Below, one piece after another: positions 53,235-63,539 of a stretch of DNA of 64,000 bases; position 1 is the first letter of the stretch, and the number at the start of each line of letters is the position of its first letter. Made by a program: the position numbers and the translations under genes. Below the pieces are notes generated by a model that saw nothing but the letters and a program-made list of their open reading frames with translations, was not told the origin of the DNA and did no database searches. This stretch comes from Escherichia phage vB_EcoM_FJ1, in sequence record MZ170040.1; one strand, written 5' to 3'.

Positions 53235-55412
53235 TTAGGCCGCAAGGGCCTTCATAGTTTTAGCGATTTGGGAAACTTCATCATCACTTAAAGAGTTGCG
53301 ATAACCGATGAAGTCGGAAACAATACGGAATTTCTTGGTAAACTCAGCAACCATTTTATCACTATTTTTTGAAGCATTACGTGATAATTCATCAAAGAGA
53401 TTAGTTACTGTCCAGATGTCATGACCGATGGTATCTTTTCCACCATTAAAATATACACCCTGTAATGAACTAACCATATTACCAAGTCGTGTATATTCTT
53501 CAGAAACTTCATCTGTACTGAAGTACTTCATCATAAAATCTAGTTCAGGATACTTGATAATTTTATCAATATATCGTTTAGCTGAACTTGAATAACCTAC
53601 ATACTTATCATAATCTACAGCATCAAAAGCATCTACATATAAATCACGCAAAGCTTCAAAAATACATTGGCACTGACCGAGTTCTTTTACCTTTTTCTGT
53701 AAAAGCGGACGAATAACATAAAATTCATTAATGCCAATAAGATTAGCCATACGAATCAAAATATTCATAGATGGATGACAAAGAGATGTAGTACCATCCA
53801 TAGAGAAAATATCAGAACGATGCATATACGCTACATAACCAGTAATTTCATCTGCTTCTGACGTGAGTGTAAATAGTTCCTCTTTTTCCCAGCGCCCATC
53901 TTTAATTTCAAACTTAAATGCTGTAGCAGCTTTAGGACGAGGAGCTTTACTTTTAACTACCTTTGGAATATAGCTTTTAACTAAAGCTTCAATTTCTGAC
54001 AAATAATGAATGTTAACTTCATCACTTTCAAACATTGCCATAATATCAGGAAGTAAATCAATCTGCGATTCTACTTCTGGATTAATAAACAGAAGACGCT
54101 CATTATGATGAATATTCAAAGTGTTATTAAATTCACTATCATCTAACGCTCGTGCTAATCCACGAACAATATTAACACGATTTTTAATATTATCAATAAC
54201 GATATTAATTTTTGTTGTATTAATACCAAACAGACGATAACTTGATGCAACGGCTGAAGTTTCATGACTTTGCTTAATACGTTTCAGTCGAGGGTCAAGA
54301 TTTACTTCATACACAACTCCTGCATTGCATAACTTACTATCAGGTTCAAACATGCTTTGCATCTTCTTATATGACAGATTTTTAGTCGTGAATTTGACTG
54401 AATTACTAATCATATAATCTCGAGCAGAATATCCCATCTTCATCAATTCACGATATGTGTGACGAGGAGATGTAGATTCTTTAAATCGTTTTACATCTTC
54501 ATTAAATGCTTTCTCACTGAGTTCTTTAACTCGTTCAATAATATTTTTACGAGTACGATCATCCAGTGAAAGAGCCTCGCGAGATGGAGCAATATCAAGT
54601 GAACCCATTGGAAACTTAATGTAATTCACTTCATTGCGAATGCTTAGCCAGTTACGGTCTCTAATAACACCATCGATAGGATAAACAATACCGCCATAGA
54701 TAGCATATAATCCACCACGATCAGGCCAGTATCTTTCTGGATTTACGCCGTAATAGTCATCGAAATTCGGAAAATAATCAATTTCGCGGTCAAGACCATT
54801 AATGATAGCCAAATCTTTGAACGGTCGCATGATATAAGAAACTTCATAAGCAAAGTTTCTAAAGTCTTTTTCTTCAACTGGAACTACGATTTCAATACCA
54901 GTTTTATCATCTGGACCCATTTCTTTTACGAATGTAGGTTTAATCTGTGGACCATCACCATCCATGTAAGCTACATAACCGCGAATTTCACCTTTATGAT
55001 ACGAAGTAATACTAAATGTATCAGTATAACTAAATGGAGATTTAGAACCTAAACCAAATCCGCCAATGAAATCGTTAGATTCAGCCTTAGATGAACTGAA
55101 GTATGAATTATACAGCCCAGGAGAATTATCATCACCCTGAATATCAAAATCACTCATACCCGGACCAAAATCTCGGCAAACAAATCGTGGATCTAAACGT
55201 CCAGGAACTTGAATGATAAATTTTTCAGGATTTCCATTGAGAGCATGAGCATCAATCATGTTAGTAATTAATTCACGGACTACTGCGCGAATTTTGTTTG
55301 TATACAAATCAGATGACAGAATTTTAAATACTTTAGGAGATGCTGTGATGCTAAATGCTTTTGATTTAGAACCATTACCAAGAATTGTTTCTTTTTCAGT
55401 GGTGATAATCAT
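53235..55412 (-). CDS. rIIA: rIIA protein
   Basis: 725 aa as T4 rIIA; N-terminal GHKL-like ATPase motifs. Confidence 0.95.
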   Translation of the reverse strand: MIITTEKETILGNGSKSKAFSITASPKVFKILSSDLYTNKIRAVVRELITNMIDAHALNGNPEKFIIQVPGRLDPRFVCRDFGPGMSDFDIQGDDNSPGLYNSYFSSSKAESNDFIGGFGLGSKSPFSYTDTFSITSYHKGEIRGYVAYMDGDGPQIKPTFVKEMGPDDKTGIEIVVPVEEKDFRNFAYEVSYIMRPFKDLAIINGLDREIDYFPNFDDYYGVNPERYWPDRGGLYAIYGGIVYPIDGVIRDRNWLSIRNEVNYIKFPMGSLDIAPSREALSLDDRTRKNIIERVKELSEKAFNEDVKRFKESTSPRHTYRELMKMGYSARDYMISNSVKFTTKNLSYKKMQSMFEPDSKLCNAGVVYEVNLDPRLKRIKQSHETSAVASSYRLFGINTTKINIVIDNIKNRVNIVRGLARALDDSEFNNTLNIHHNERLLFINPEVESQIDLLPDIMAMFESDEVNIHYLSEIEALVKSYIPKVVKSKAPRPKAATAFKFEIKDGRWEKEELFTLTSEADEITGYVAYMHRSDIFSMDGTTSLCHPSMNILIRMANLIGINEFYVIRPLLQKKVKELGQCQCIFEALRDLYVDAFDAVDYDKYVGYSSSAKRYIDKIIKYPELDFMMKYFSTDEVSEEYTRLGNMVSSLQGVYFNGGKDTIGHDIWTVTNLFDELSRNASKNSDKMVAEFTKKFRIVSDFIGYRNSLSDDEVSQIAKTMKALAA

Positions 55413-55422
55413 AATTTCCTCA

Positions 55423-55626
55423 TTAATTCATATTACGCTTAATAACTTCAGCAACTTCTAGTAGTTCATCTTTAGTTGCGGTGTCGGATTGAATTTTATC
55501 TCTAATATCTTTAAAGCGGTTTTTAAATTCTTCGGCTTCTCCCATATCGAAAAAGCGTTGAATGATTCTATATTCTCGATGAACTGCTTTATCAAAAAGT
55601 TCTAAATTTACTTTATATGATTTCAT
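55423..55626 (-). CDS. hypothetical protein (rIIA.1 position)
   Basis: 67-aa ORF. Confidence 0.6.
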   Translation of the reverse strand: MKSYKVNLELFDKAVHREYRIIQRFFDMGEAEEFKNRFKDIRDKIQSDTATKDELLEVAEVIKRNMN

Positions 55627-55651
55627 TTCAATATCCTCATTTGCCCAATTA

Positions 55652-55681
55652 ATTATACCACATCCTTGTGGTAAAGTAAAC
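55652..55681 (-). promoter_or_regulatory. early promoter (GTTTAC-N18-TATAAT) with CCAC...GTGG stem-loop in spacer
   Basis: Minus strand GTTTACTTTACCACAAGGATGTGGTATAAT; -35 overlaps gene 39 stop. Confidence 0.6.
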
Positions 55682-57501
55682 TACTGACTCATCCATTCTT
55701 TGCGAAGGTCAGCATTATCTCCCATGAGCATTTCAAAAAGCTCTTTCCAATTCTCAGGAAGTTTAACAACATCATATACTGGGTTTTGAATCATCTCACG
55801 ATATTCAGATTTTTCCAAAGAGCCAAGTCCCTTAATATAACGGATGCTATGTTTAGGTAGAGCATCTTTAGCACTCTCATATTCAGCGACTGTATAAAAC
55901 CATTCTTGTTTTTTACCGACCTGAGCGATGATTACAGGAGTTTTGACAAAGCGAATTCGTCCTTGCTCAAACAATTCTGGCCAATTACTAAAAAACCCGA
56001 GCAGAGAAGGATAAATGCTTCCTAAACCATCATGGTCAGCATCAGTCATAATAGCAATATTATGATAATTCAAGTTTTCAGCTTTTTCACCAAGAACTAG
56101 ACCAGTGATTGCGCAAATATCAAATAGTTCTTTGTTTTTAAGCATATCAGCATATGACATACCCCAACTGTTGAGAACTTTACCGCGCAATGGATAACCA
56201 CCATGAAGTTCTTTATCACGAACATCAATAAGATATCCGATAGCAGAATCACCCTCAGTCAAGAAAAGAGTAGTGTCAGCATCTTTACCGCAAAGATTCG
56301 CTTTGATATGTTTATGAACTTTAGCTTTAGAAGCCTTTTTAGCTGCTTTAGTTTCAGCTGCTTTTTCTGCTGCCAATTTACGGGCCAAGGCAGCTTCAAT
56401 AATTGGCATCAAAATAGCTTCATTATTTAGAATAGCGCGTGAAATCTTTTTAGCATCAAGCTGAATATGACTACGAATTTCGCCAAATGGAGAAGTCAAA
56501 CGCTCTTTAGTTTGAGAATCAAATCGCATGTTTTTCATATCACGAACAAACATAACGATAGTCAAACATTCTTTAACACGTGCTTTAGTTACATCAATTT
56601 TGAATTTACGTTTGATTTGTGGAATAAGGTCTTCACAAATATCATCCATCACGCAGTCAATGTGATGGCCACCATTCTTAGTATGAATGTTATTGACGTA
56701 CGTCAACTGACGAAAACCATCAGGTGAACGACCAACCGCAATAGAACAATTTTCTTGTTCTTGAACGATAGCATGTTCATCATACTGTCGTGCATATTTC
56801 TTAAAATTGCCCTGAACCTTTTTACCATTAAAGGTAAATTGAATATCAGGATAAACAACAGCAAGTGTCTGGAGACGATCTAATGTAATGTCAAGATAAA
56901 CTTGGGACAGCTCATTAGTTTCAAATGACATAAAATCAGGAATGAAAGTAACACGAGTTCCTTTCCATTTTCCTGGAATAGTTTCCCATGATTTATTTTC
57001 CATGCCGTTTGAACAACGAACTACAATATTATTTTGACCATCGCCAGTTTCACCGACAAACATCACAGAAAAAATGTTTGTCAAACTAGAACCAACACCA
57101 TTCATACCGCCAGTGACGCGTTCTTTATCATCACCGAAGTTACCACCTGCTTTTGGAATAGTCCATGCAGCAACAGGACCAGGAATTTCTTCACCGGTAG
57201 GTGTTTTAACCATCGCCTGTGGAATACCGCGACCGTTATCTTCAACTGTTACTTGATTGTTTTTAATAGTAACATTAATTTTATTTGCGAATTTAAACTT
57301 AGTACGAATACCTTCATCTACTGAGTTATCGATAATTTCATCAATAAGCTTAACAAGACCAGGTACATACTGAACACTTTCCCATTTACCAAACAGAAAG
57401 CGCTCATGCATTTCATTAGCAGAAGAACCAATGTACATGCCGCTACGCTTTTTGATATGTTCAATATCGCTCAGAATTTTAATTTCATTCTTAATCATCA
57501 C
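55681..57501 (-). CDS. 39: DNA topoisomerase II large subunit gp39 (GyrB-like), unsplit 39+60 form
   Basis: 606-aa continuous ORF spanning ATPase and Toprim regions; no separate gene 60 and no intervening mobE/bypass gap. Confidence 0.9.
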   Translation of the reverse strand: MMIKNEIKILSDIEHIKKRSGMYIGSSANEMHERFLFGKWESVQYVPGLVKLIDEIIDNSVDEGIRTKFKFANKINVTIKNNQVTVEDNGRGIPQAMVKTPTGEEIPGPVAAWTIPKAGGNFGDDKERVTGGMNGVGSSLTNIFSVMFVGETGDGQNNIVVRCSNGMENKSWETIPGKWKGTRVTFIPDFMSFETNELSQVYLDITLDRLQTLAVVYPDIQFTFNGKKVQGNFKKYARQYDEHAIVQEQENCSIAVGRSPDGFRQLTYVNNIHTKNGGHHIDCVMDDICEDLIPQIKRKFKIDVTKARVKECLTIVMFVRDMKNMRFDSQTKERLTSPFGEIRSHIQLDAKKISRAILNNEAILMPIIEAALARKLAAEKAAETKAAKKASKAKVHKHIKANLCGKDADTTLFLTEGDSAIGYLIDVRDKELHGGYPLRGKVLNSWGMSYADMLKNKELFDICAITGLVLGEKAENLNYHNIAIMTDADHDGLGSIYPSLLGFFSNWPELFEQGRIRFVKTPVIIAQVGKKQEWFYTVAEYESAKDALPKHSIRYIKGLGSLEKSEYREMIQNPVYDVVKLPENWKELFEMLMGDNADLRKEWMSQ

Positions 57502-57550
57502 TTATCCTCGTTTGGTTTCGGGAATATTATACTCCGGTAATCATAAAGCT

Positions 57551-57568
57551 AAAGGCCCGAAGGCCTTT
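57551..57568 (-). terminator. hairpin AAAGGCC-CGAA-GGCCTTT overlapping stop of lipoprotein gene
   Basis: GC stem with tetraloop followed by A/T-rich sequence. Confidence 0.5.
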
Positions 57569-57828
57569 TATTTAAAACGAATAGTTGAATCCTTAAAGAA
57601 CAGCCCAGAACATACTGTTCCTTCTACTTTCTGCCCAGTAGGTCCAATAGCACGAAATCCAGTATGCTGGAAATCATTTTCAGAGCAACCGAACCAGTTA
57701 TATCCAGTGATTTCAATATTAGTAAAACCACTTGAAGACAAAACTTTGGTTGCATTATCAGCATCAGTACATCCTATTAAAGACACTGCTAATACTAATG
57801 CTGCGATAGAACGATTAATATATTTCAT
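57568..57828 (-). CDS. putative lipoprotein
   Basis: 86 aa; signal peptide ending in lipobox LIGC. Confidence 0.6.
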   Translation of the reverse strand: MKYINRSIAALVLAVSLIGCTDADNATKVLSSSGFTNIEITGYNWFGCSENDFQHTGFRAIGPTGQKVEGTVCSGLFFKDSTIRFK

Positions 57829-57830
57829 AA

Positions 57831-58007
57831 TTACCCTTTAAGCAAGTCGTAAAATCCACCATTCACATGCTTAGGGGCAGAGACTAACCGAATAGCAATC
57901 CGATGACAATCAGGACATACATCAGTATCTCTTTCAGAAATTTTCTTGATTTTTTCGTATTCTTTTGCGCAGTCTTTGGATTGACATTTATAATCATAAA
58001 GCGGCAT
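57831..58007 (-). CDS. FmdB-like zinc-ribbon protein, 58 aa
   Basis: MPLYDYKCQSKDCAKEYE...CPDCH; two Cys pairs; tightly packed between neighbours; below track cut-off. Confidence 0.55.
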   Translation of the reverse strand: MPLYDYKCQSKDCAKEYEKIKKISERDTDVCPDCHRIAIRLVSAPKHVNGGFYDLLKG

Positions 58008-58009
58008 AA

Positions 58010-58429
58010 TTATTCCTTAAAGTGAGCTTTCAACATCTGATACAAGGACCATGCTTGTTCATTATTTTCAATAGTAATTTTCATGACTGGGAATTCTGTG
58101 AAATCTTCTATTTGTTCTTGCTCTTCCTGCTCTTGTTCTTCAGCTGCCTGGTATGGATTTTCAACTTCATTAAAGAACCCAGCTTCGTTAGTAGAAAGCC
58201 AGATAAAGTTTTCGCCAAGGATATCACCATATGTTGAATATCCAACTGTGCCAGTAGATGTCACAATTTTAGTAGGACGCCCGTAATAGTCAACATCTAA
58301 AATTTTAAAAGGTTCCATACCTAAACGGCGCGCATAGATTCCGTTATAAGTATGGTCTTTAATAAAAGCTTCTTGAGCTTGTTTATTTTTAAATTGATAC
58401 CATTTATTAACTTCAAATTTAATAGCCAT
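58010..58429 (-). CDS. hypothetical acidic protein (goF position)
   Basis: 139-aa ORF with [10 protein letters not shown] tract. Confidence 0.55.
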   Translation of the reverse strand: MAIKFEVNKWYQFKNKQAQEAFIKDHTYNGIYARRLGMEPFKILDVDYYGRPTKIVTSTGTVGYSTYGDILGENFIWLSTNEAGFFNEVENPYQAAEEQEQEEQEQIEDFTEFPVMKITIENNEQAWSLYQMLKAHFKE

Positions 58430-58647
58430 TAATAAATTTCCTTCCAGTAAGTTGTGCCATCTTCAGTAATTTCACGAAATACACCGTAAATTGGTTGTTT
58501 ATCACTGACTTTCTCATACACATAAACCAAAGTCAAGTGAGTAAACTTGCTAGTATGTTCCTTTTGAACTACTACCAAATCTGGATCGAATAATACATCT
58601 TCAAATTCATCATTAGTGCAATTCTGAACAATTTTACGTTTCATCAT
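58429..58647 (-). CDS. hypothetical protein (cef position)
   Basis: 72-aa ORF. Confidence 0.5.
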   Translation of the reverse strand: MMKRKIVQNCTNDEFEDVLFDPDLVVVQKEHTSKFTHLTLVYVYEKVSDKQPIYGVFREITEDGTTYWKEIY

Positions 58648-58742
58648 AATTTCCTCATTAATTGAACATTGGAGAGATGCGTTTCAGAAGAGTATCAGCA
58701 CCTTTGGCGAATTATCCATTTTATTCTTCAAGTTGTTTTCTG

Positions 58743-58797
58743 TATCAGTAGTTGATATTGATATAGTACCATAATCAACTACTGATGTATATAGTTT
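58743..58797 (-). promoter_or_regulatory. promoter cassette with 13-bp inverted repeat (ATCAGTAGTTGAT/ATCAACTACTGAT)
   Basis: Stem-loop encloses a TATAGT/TACTAT -10-like element; left arm shared with cassette at 47481-47500. Confidence 0.5.
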
Positions 58798-58816
58798 TAT
58801 GAAAAAATTTTAAACT

Positions 58817-59308
58817 TTATGCATAGCGAGCTTTGCTGTAGTGTTTAATCCAACTTTCAGGAATGACTTTGTATGTTCCTAAAAATACCACATTGTACAG
58901 CTTAACGCCATCTTCTACCCATTGATCAGTAATGTATGCACACATAGCGCGAGTACGCTGAGGAAGTGGTTGTCCACCTTCGGTAAATTCAAACTCATAA
59001 GGAGCAATGAACTTGATAGCTTGACCAAGTTTCCACTTAAAGTCTACACCTACATGTGAAGTATCAATCGTTTCAATTCCTTTAGCAGGAACAGCTTTCA
59101 AAAACGCAGATTCAAGAAATTTCGCGCGAACATAACCAAACTGAGGTTTAGACTTTCCATCTTTAGGAATGATACGCACTTTTACTTCAGAATCTTCATC
59201 TTTAACGCCATGTTTAAGCTGAATGCTTACAATTTCGACCAATTTTCCTGCTGCTTTAGAACGGGATTTATCAGATACACGAGCAATTTCACCAATATTA
59301 ATAATCAT
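58817..59308 (-). CDS. motB: MotB-like protein
   Basis: 163 aa (T4 MotB 162); position between cef-like gene and dexA. Confidence 0.6.
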   Translation of the reverse strand: MIINIGEIARVSDKSRSKAAGKLVEIVSIQLKHGVKDEDSEVKVRIIPKDGKSKPQFGYVRAKFLESAFLKAVPAKGIETIDTSHVGVDFKWKLGQAIKFIAPYEFEFTEGGQPLPQRTRAMCAYITDQWVEDGVKLYNVVFLGTYKVIPESWIKHYSKARYA

Positions 59309-59384
59309 AGTTATCTCTCACTTGTTAAAAAGATTTTATACTCCACAGGACCATTATACTCTGGTCCCAAGAGTTTGTAAACTA

Positions 59385-59927
59385 TTAATTCAAAATAGCT
59401 ACCACTGCACTACGAGGTACTACGCTAAAATCACCTGCATGAACAACGTTCAGAAGTTCAACACCATCTTCAATCCATTGGTCTGTTACCCAACCACAGA
59501 CCGAAATAAATGGAGTCTTGATAGCTACCGCATGAGTTAGAAGGTCGGTAGGGTCTTGTTCTTCAACTTCTTGGAACAGGATGAACTCATCTTCATAAAC
59601 CAGGTTTTTCTTTATTTTGTTATTATCTAACCGGCGACCGTGGATGACGTAAGATTTGTCAAACCACTCACTTTTGGCAAATTCTTCAACAATAAATTCG
59701 CCTTCGCCAAAAACATCAGTCAGAGTTTTATGACCGGAAATCAAGGCATTAGTTTTAATTTTAGGTTCAACCAGTTTGTAGGTTTTGCCGATTTCAATAG
59801 CGGTAGTCATAGTAGGTTCCTTAATTTCCAGCGGTTTAACAGGGCATACATAAGTGCTTACAACATCAAAATCAATCAGTTTAGCTACCGGATTTGGTAT
59901 GTATTCAGGATTATAATTAAATTTCAT
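59385..59927 (-). CDS. hypothetical protein sharing a C-terminal domain with the MotB-like protein
   Basis: 180 aa; C-terminal motif VTDQWIEDGVELLNVV matches ITDQWVEDGVKLYNVV of neighbour. Confidence 0.6.
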   Translation of the reverse strand: MKFNYNPEYIPNPVAKLIDFDVVSTYVCPVKPLEIKEPTMTTAIEIGKTYKLVEPKIKTNALISGHKTLTDVFGEGEFIVEEFAKSEWFDKSYVIHGRRLDNNKIKKNLVYEDEFILFQEVEEQDPTDLLTHAVAIKTPFISVCGWVTDQWIEDGVELLNVVHAGDFSVVPRSAVVAILN

Positions 59928-59929
59928 AA

Positions 59930-60469
59930 TTATCTCATTTCAATAAAATCTACGAGTTCAGCATGCGATTTGCGGAACATTACTTGGTGCCCACCAATGA
60001 TAACTTCATCTTCAGGAACTTCGTATACAGCGAGATAAAATCCTTTAGAAGATAATTCTTCCCGCTCTTCTCGCGTGAACCATCTCATCATATCATATTC
60101 GCTAGCGAAAGCAAAATGATAAAGACCTATAAACCATCCTGGAATATGATATTCTACTCCAACATAATCTTTCTTGAACTTAGTATTAATTACTTTATTA
60201 GCGTTTTTAACTAATAGTTTATCTTCGTGTGGTAAAGGAATTCTTTTATTATTATCGCTATGATGCATAAAATTAGGTCTGTCATAACCTACGTGTAATA
60301 ACCACTCTTCGCTCCATGAATCTATTATACTCCTGTATGGCGTTATTTGAACACAAAGATTTCGACGTATTGTTATAGCATCTTCATAATCAAGAATACT
60401 AAACGATGATTCAACGCGATAAATTTTCATTTTATTATCCTCAGTAGCTATGATGTTATAATACCACAA
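59930..60469 (-). CDS. hypothetical protein
   Basis: 179-aa ORF. Confidence 0.6.
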   Translation of the reverse strand: MWYYNIIATEDNKMKIYRVESSFSILDYEDAITIRRNLCVQITPYRSIIDSWSEEWLLHVGYDRPNFMHHSDNNKRIPLPHEDKLLVKNANKVINTKFKKDYVGVEYHIPGWFIGLYHFAFASEYDMMRWFTREEREELSSKGFYLAVYEVPEDEVIIGGHQVMFRKSHAELVDFIEMR

Positions 60470-60493
60470 CTAACCGAGGAAGTAAACAACTTT

Positions 60494-61177
60494 TTATCGT
60501 TTTGTTGGAAGAGACAGAGGATCGCACTCTTCCTCTGACGGGGCATCTTCAAGACCCATAGCATATCGCAAAGCATACTTCATCATCAGGATGTCTTTCG
60601 CACAGTCATGAATAGAATCATGTGCAACGAATCCATCTAAGGTTCCCTTTGGAAGAGGACATGTGGTCATATCACGAACAAGCAGAAGTGCTTCAATTCT
60701 GGTACGAATATCACGCTGATTCCAAAATTTACAAGGTTCTAACTTAAATGTATCAAGCTCATTCTCGGAAACACCATTAAGACGTTGAATATCGCGAATG
60801 AGATCGACTAAAATTGGAAAATCAAACGACATTCCACGGCACCAGCCCTGAGATTTCCAAGGATCGATGTTATGTGCATTGATGTAATCATTAAATTTTG
60901 CAATACCATCGATAGTGCTTACATCTTCATCTGATGGCGCAATATTTTTTCGAGCTTCGGGAGACTGATTTTTCCACCATTCGATAGTGCTTTTAGTAAA
61001 AAGACGATGTCCTTTTTGGCTTTTTAAATCAAACTTGATTTTAATGCCACGTGAAACTAATTCATCAAATGTTTCAACGACTTCTGGATTAGGGTCAAAA
61101 GCAATTACAGCCAAATCAATAACAGCTGCTTTTTCACCACTTCCCATTGTTTCAAAATCTATAATAAAATCAAACAT
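60494..61177 (-). CDS. dexA: exonuclease A (DEDD 3'-5' exonuclease)
   Basis: 227 aa as T4 DexA; N-terminal DFETMG motif. Confidence 0.9.
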   Translation of the reverse strand: MFDFIIDFETMGSGEKAAVIDLAVIAFDPNPEVVETFDELVSRGIKIKFDLKSQKGHRLFTKSTIEWWKNQSPEARKNIAPSDEDVSTIDGIAKFNDYINAHNIDPWKSQGWCRGMSFDFPILVDLIRDIQRLNGVSENELDTFKLEPCKFWNQRDIRTRIEALLLVRDMTTCPLPKGTLDGFVAHDSIHDCAKDILMMKYALRYAMGLEDAPSEEECDPLSLPTKR

Positions 61178-61434
61178 TAAATTTTCCTTGCTAAATCACG
61201 AATTTGACCTACAGTATAATCTTGAATATAAACTTTATTAATAGGCTCATCAATAAATTTTGCCATAGATTCAATATCTTTTTGCATCTCTTCAAGACTG
61301 TATACTATCTTTAAAGCTTTTTCGCGAATAGTAATATTTTCAGGACCCGAATTTTTCTCAATGACAGCTTTAACATTTGTCATAAGAGATTTAAACTGGT
61401 ACCAACTTAATTCAATCATTAATAATCGCCTCAT
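61177..61434 (-). CDS. hypothetical protein, tandem paralogue 1
   Basis: 85 aa; similar to product of 61412-61672. Confidence 0.6.
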   Translation of the reverse strand: MRRLLMIELSWYQFKSLMTNVKAVIEKNSGPENITIREKALKIVYSLEEMQKDIESMAKFIDEPINKVYIQDYTVGQIRDLARKI

Positions 61435-61672
61435 AAAGATAGCTAATTTCGCCTAAAACGTAATCATTGATTGTAACAGTTTTCACTTCACCACAAAAGA
61501 ATTCTAACGCAATTAAATCTCGTTCAATTTCTTCTAATTGAAGCATCAACTTACTAGATTCAATTTTTACAGTTTCACGATTTTTACCATGAGCAATTTC
61601 ATAAATTTCGCTCACTTTATCTTGAAGCAGATAAAACTGATCTTTAGTTATTTCCACGAATAGCTTCCTCAA
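61412..61672 (-). CDS. hypothetical protein, tandem paralogue 2
   Basis: 86 aa; shares MR.L...QF..L...V...E...I...L....E...D....F..E...V.I.DY.VG.I pattern. Confidence 0.6.
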   Translation of the reverse strand: MRKLFVEITKDQFYLLQDKVSEIYEIAHGKNRETVKIESSKLMLQLEEIERDLIALEFFCGEVKTVTINDYVLGEISYLYEAIIND

Positions 61673-61904
61673 ATTTAATTAGTAATTTACAGACACTTTC
61701 ATCTAGTGTAATTACCGTATCTGTATTACTGTGATATGATTGTTTTTCAATTCGTTTAATTGCTAATATAGTATCACTTATAAGATAAAGCTTATGAAGG
61801 AGCTCAGCTCCTGTTACCATAACATTAAGATTATCTTGCTTATTAGTATGCTTCCTTATACCATCTATTAGACGATTTAAATATTTTGAATTGATGTTAA
61901 TCAT
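61644..61904 (-). CDS. hypothetical protein
   Basis: 86-aa ORF. Confidence 0.55.
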   Translation of the reverse strand: MININSKYLNRLIDGIRKHTNKQDNLNVMVTGAELLHKLYLISDTILAIKRIEKQSYHSNTDTVITLDESVCKLLIKFEEAIRGNN

Positions 61905-61910
61905 ATAGCC

Positions 61911-63230
61911 TCACACATAAAACACATCATAACGACCACGGGTAACACCAACATAAAGAAGTTGTTGGGCCAATTCAGCATCTGCATAATGAATACAAGG
62001 CGTATAAATGAAAGCACGGTCTACAGACATACCCTGAGCTTTATGGAATGTTGATGCAGGAAGTGCTTTCACTTTACTGAACTGTGATTTAGCATCCCAA
62101 AAATCACTCCATGGAGCTTTTCCGCCTTTGTTCCAATTTTTATAAGTTTCTGCCGTTTTACCTAAAAATAGGTTAAACTTATATAGCTCTTCATCAGATG
62201 AAATTATTTTAATCTTTTCACGATAATATTCATCATCGCCGTAAGTTTCTACTGTTAAATCCCAATGACGAATTAAGTATTCTCCAGGAACACCACGAGC
62301 TTTAACAAACGTTGATGTATACTCTGCTTCTATAATACGAACTAATTGTCCGTTATTAAAAATAATTTCTGACACAGGCTTTCCATCAATTTTATATGTT
62401 TTAATTAATGGTTCCTGCATTACAATAATTTCACCGACAATAAAATCTTTATCAGTTTCAAAAATCTTTTTGCGAATAATGCTATTTAACTTGTCAACAG
62501 ATTTATTCGTAAATGCCATTACGCGATTTTCAAACAAATCATCTAATGATTTTACGATTGAAAAATAATTTACCATAAAATCGCGTAAAGCGGTATCACC
62601 AGTAAATCCACGTACTCCATGCCCGTCAACAACTTTATCATAAATCCACTTACCGTTGCGAACATCAGTAGCTACATCAATAATAGGAGCATTACTGCGT
62701 TTAACTTCAGTAAGTTCACACTGATAAAAATCTTTGTGTGTAAAGAATGGACTGATATAAGCAGTATTTTCTCCTGGATCAACAGGTCTAATTTGCTTAT
62801 TATCGCCTATTCCAATTATAGTACACCACGGCGGGATAGTTGAAAGCAGAATTTTGAATAGCTTTCTATCATACATTGACACTTCGTCGCAGATTAATAC
62901 TCTGCATTTAGCTAAATCCGGTACTTCCTTCTGTTCAAAAAGAACGTTTTCTTCATATGTTACCGGGTTAATTTTGAGAATACTGTGAATAGTACTCGCT
63001 TCTTTCCCTGACAGTTTTGAAAGAATCTTTTTAGCTGCATGAGTAGGAGCTGCTAAAATAATGCCAGTTTCGCCCGTAGATATTAAGGCTTCAATGATGA
63101 ACTTAGTAAGAGTAGTCTTACCAGTACCAGCAGGTCCATTAATAGTTACATGATGTTTCTTTTCTTTAATAGCCTTCATAACAATGTTAAAGGCATTTTT
63201 CTGGCCTTCGGTCAAATCATCAAATGTCAT
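61911..63230 (-). CDS. dda: Dda DNA helicase (SF1B)
   Basis: 439 aa as T4 Dda; Walker A GPAGTGKT. Confidence 0.95.
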   Translation of the reverse strand: MTFDDLTEGQKNAFNIVMKAIKEKKHHVTINGPAGTGKTTLTKFIIEALISTGETGIILAAPTHAAKKILSKLSGKEASTIHSILKINPVTYEENVLFEQKEVPDLAKCRVLICDEVSMYDRKLFKILLSTIPPWCTIIGIGDNKQIRPVDPGENTAYISPFFTHKDFYQCELTEVKRSNAPIIDVATDVRNGKWIYDKVVDGHGVRGFTGDTALRDFMVNYFSIVKSLDDLFENRVMAFTNKSVDKLNSIIRKKIFETDKDFIVGEIIVMQEPLIKTYKIDGKPVSEIIFNNGQLVRIIEAEYTSTFVKARGVPGEYLIRHWDLTVETYGDDEYYREKIKIISSDEELYKFNLFLGKTAETYKNWNKGGKAPWSDFWDAKSQFSKVKALPASTFHKAQGMSVDRAFIYTPCIHYADAELAQQLLYVGVTRGRYDVFYV

Positions 63231-63538
63231 CGTAAATTCCCTGCAATTGGAATACTAACAATACGCCCAGTATCTAGAATTCGCTGATATAATCTTTGTG
63301 TGTCTACATCAGGCTTAACATGTTTAACTTCTATTTTATTAAACCAAAATTTACGTGGAGTCTCAACTAATCTTGGAATTCCCTTGCCTAAAGCTAGTTG
63401 ATACTGCTCTTTGAGAGTAGTAAAAACTCTATCAGCAATCTCTCTTTCAAAAAACACAGCAGGACGATGTTCATCAAGTGGAACTGGCGCCGTAAATCCG
63501 TCTTTGTCTCGGTAAACTATCGCATATACATAAACCAT
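63227..63538 (-). CDS. hypothetical protein (dda.1 position)
   Basis: 103-aa ORF, ATGA overlap with dda. Confidence 0.6.
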   Translation of the reverse strand: MVYVYAIVYRDKDGFTAPVPLDEHRPAVFFEREIADRVFTTLKEQYQLALGKGIPRLVETPRKFWFNKIEVKHVKPDVDTQRLYQRILDTGRIVSIPIAGNLR

Positions 63539-63539
63539 A

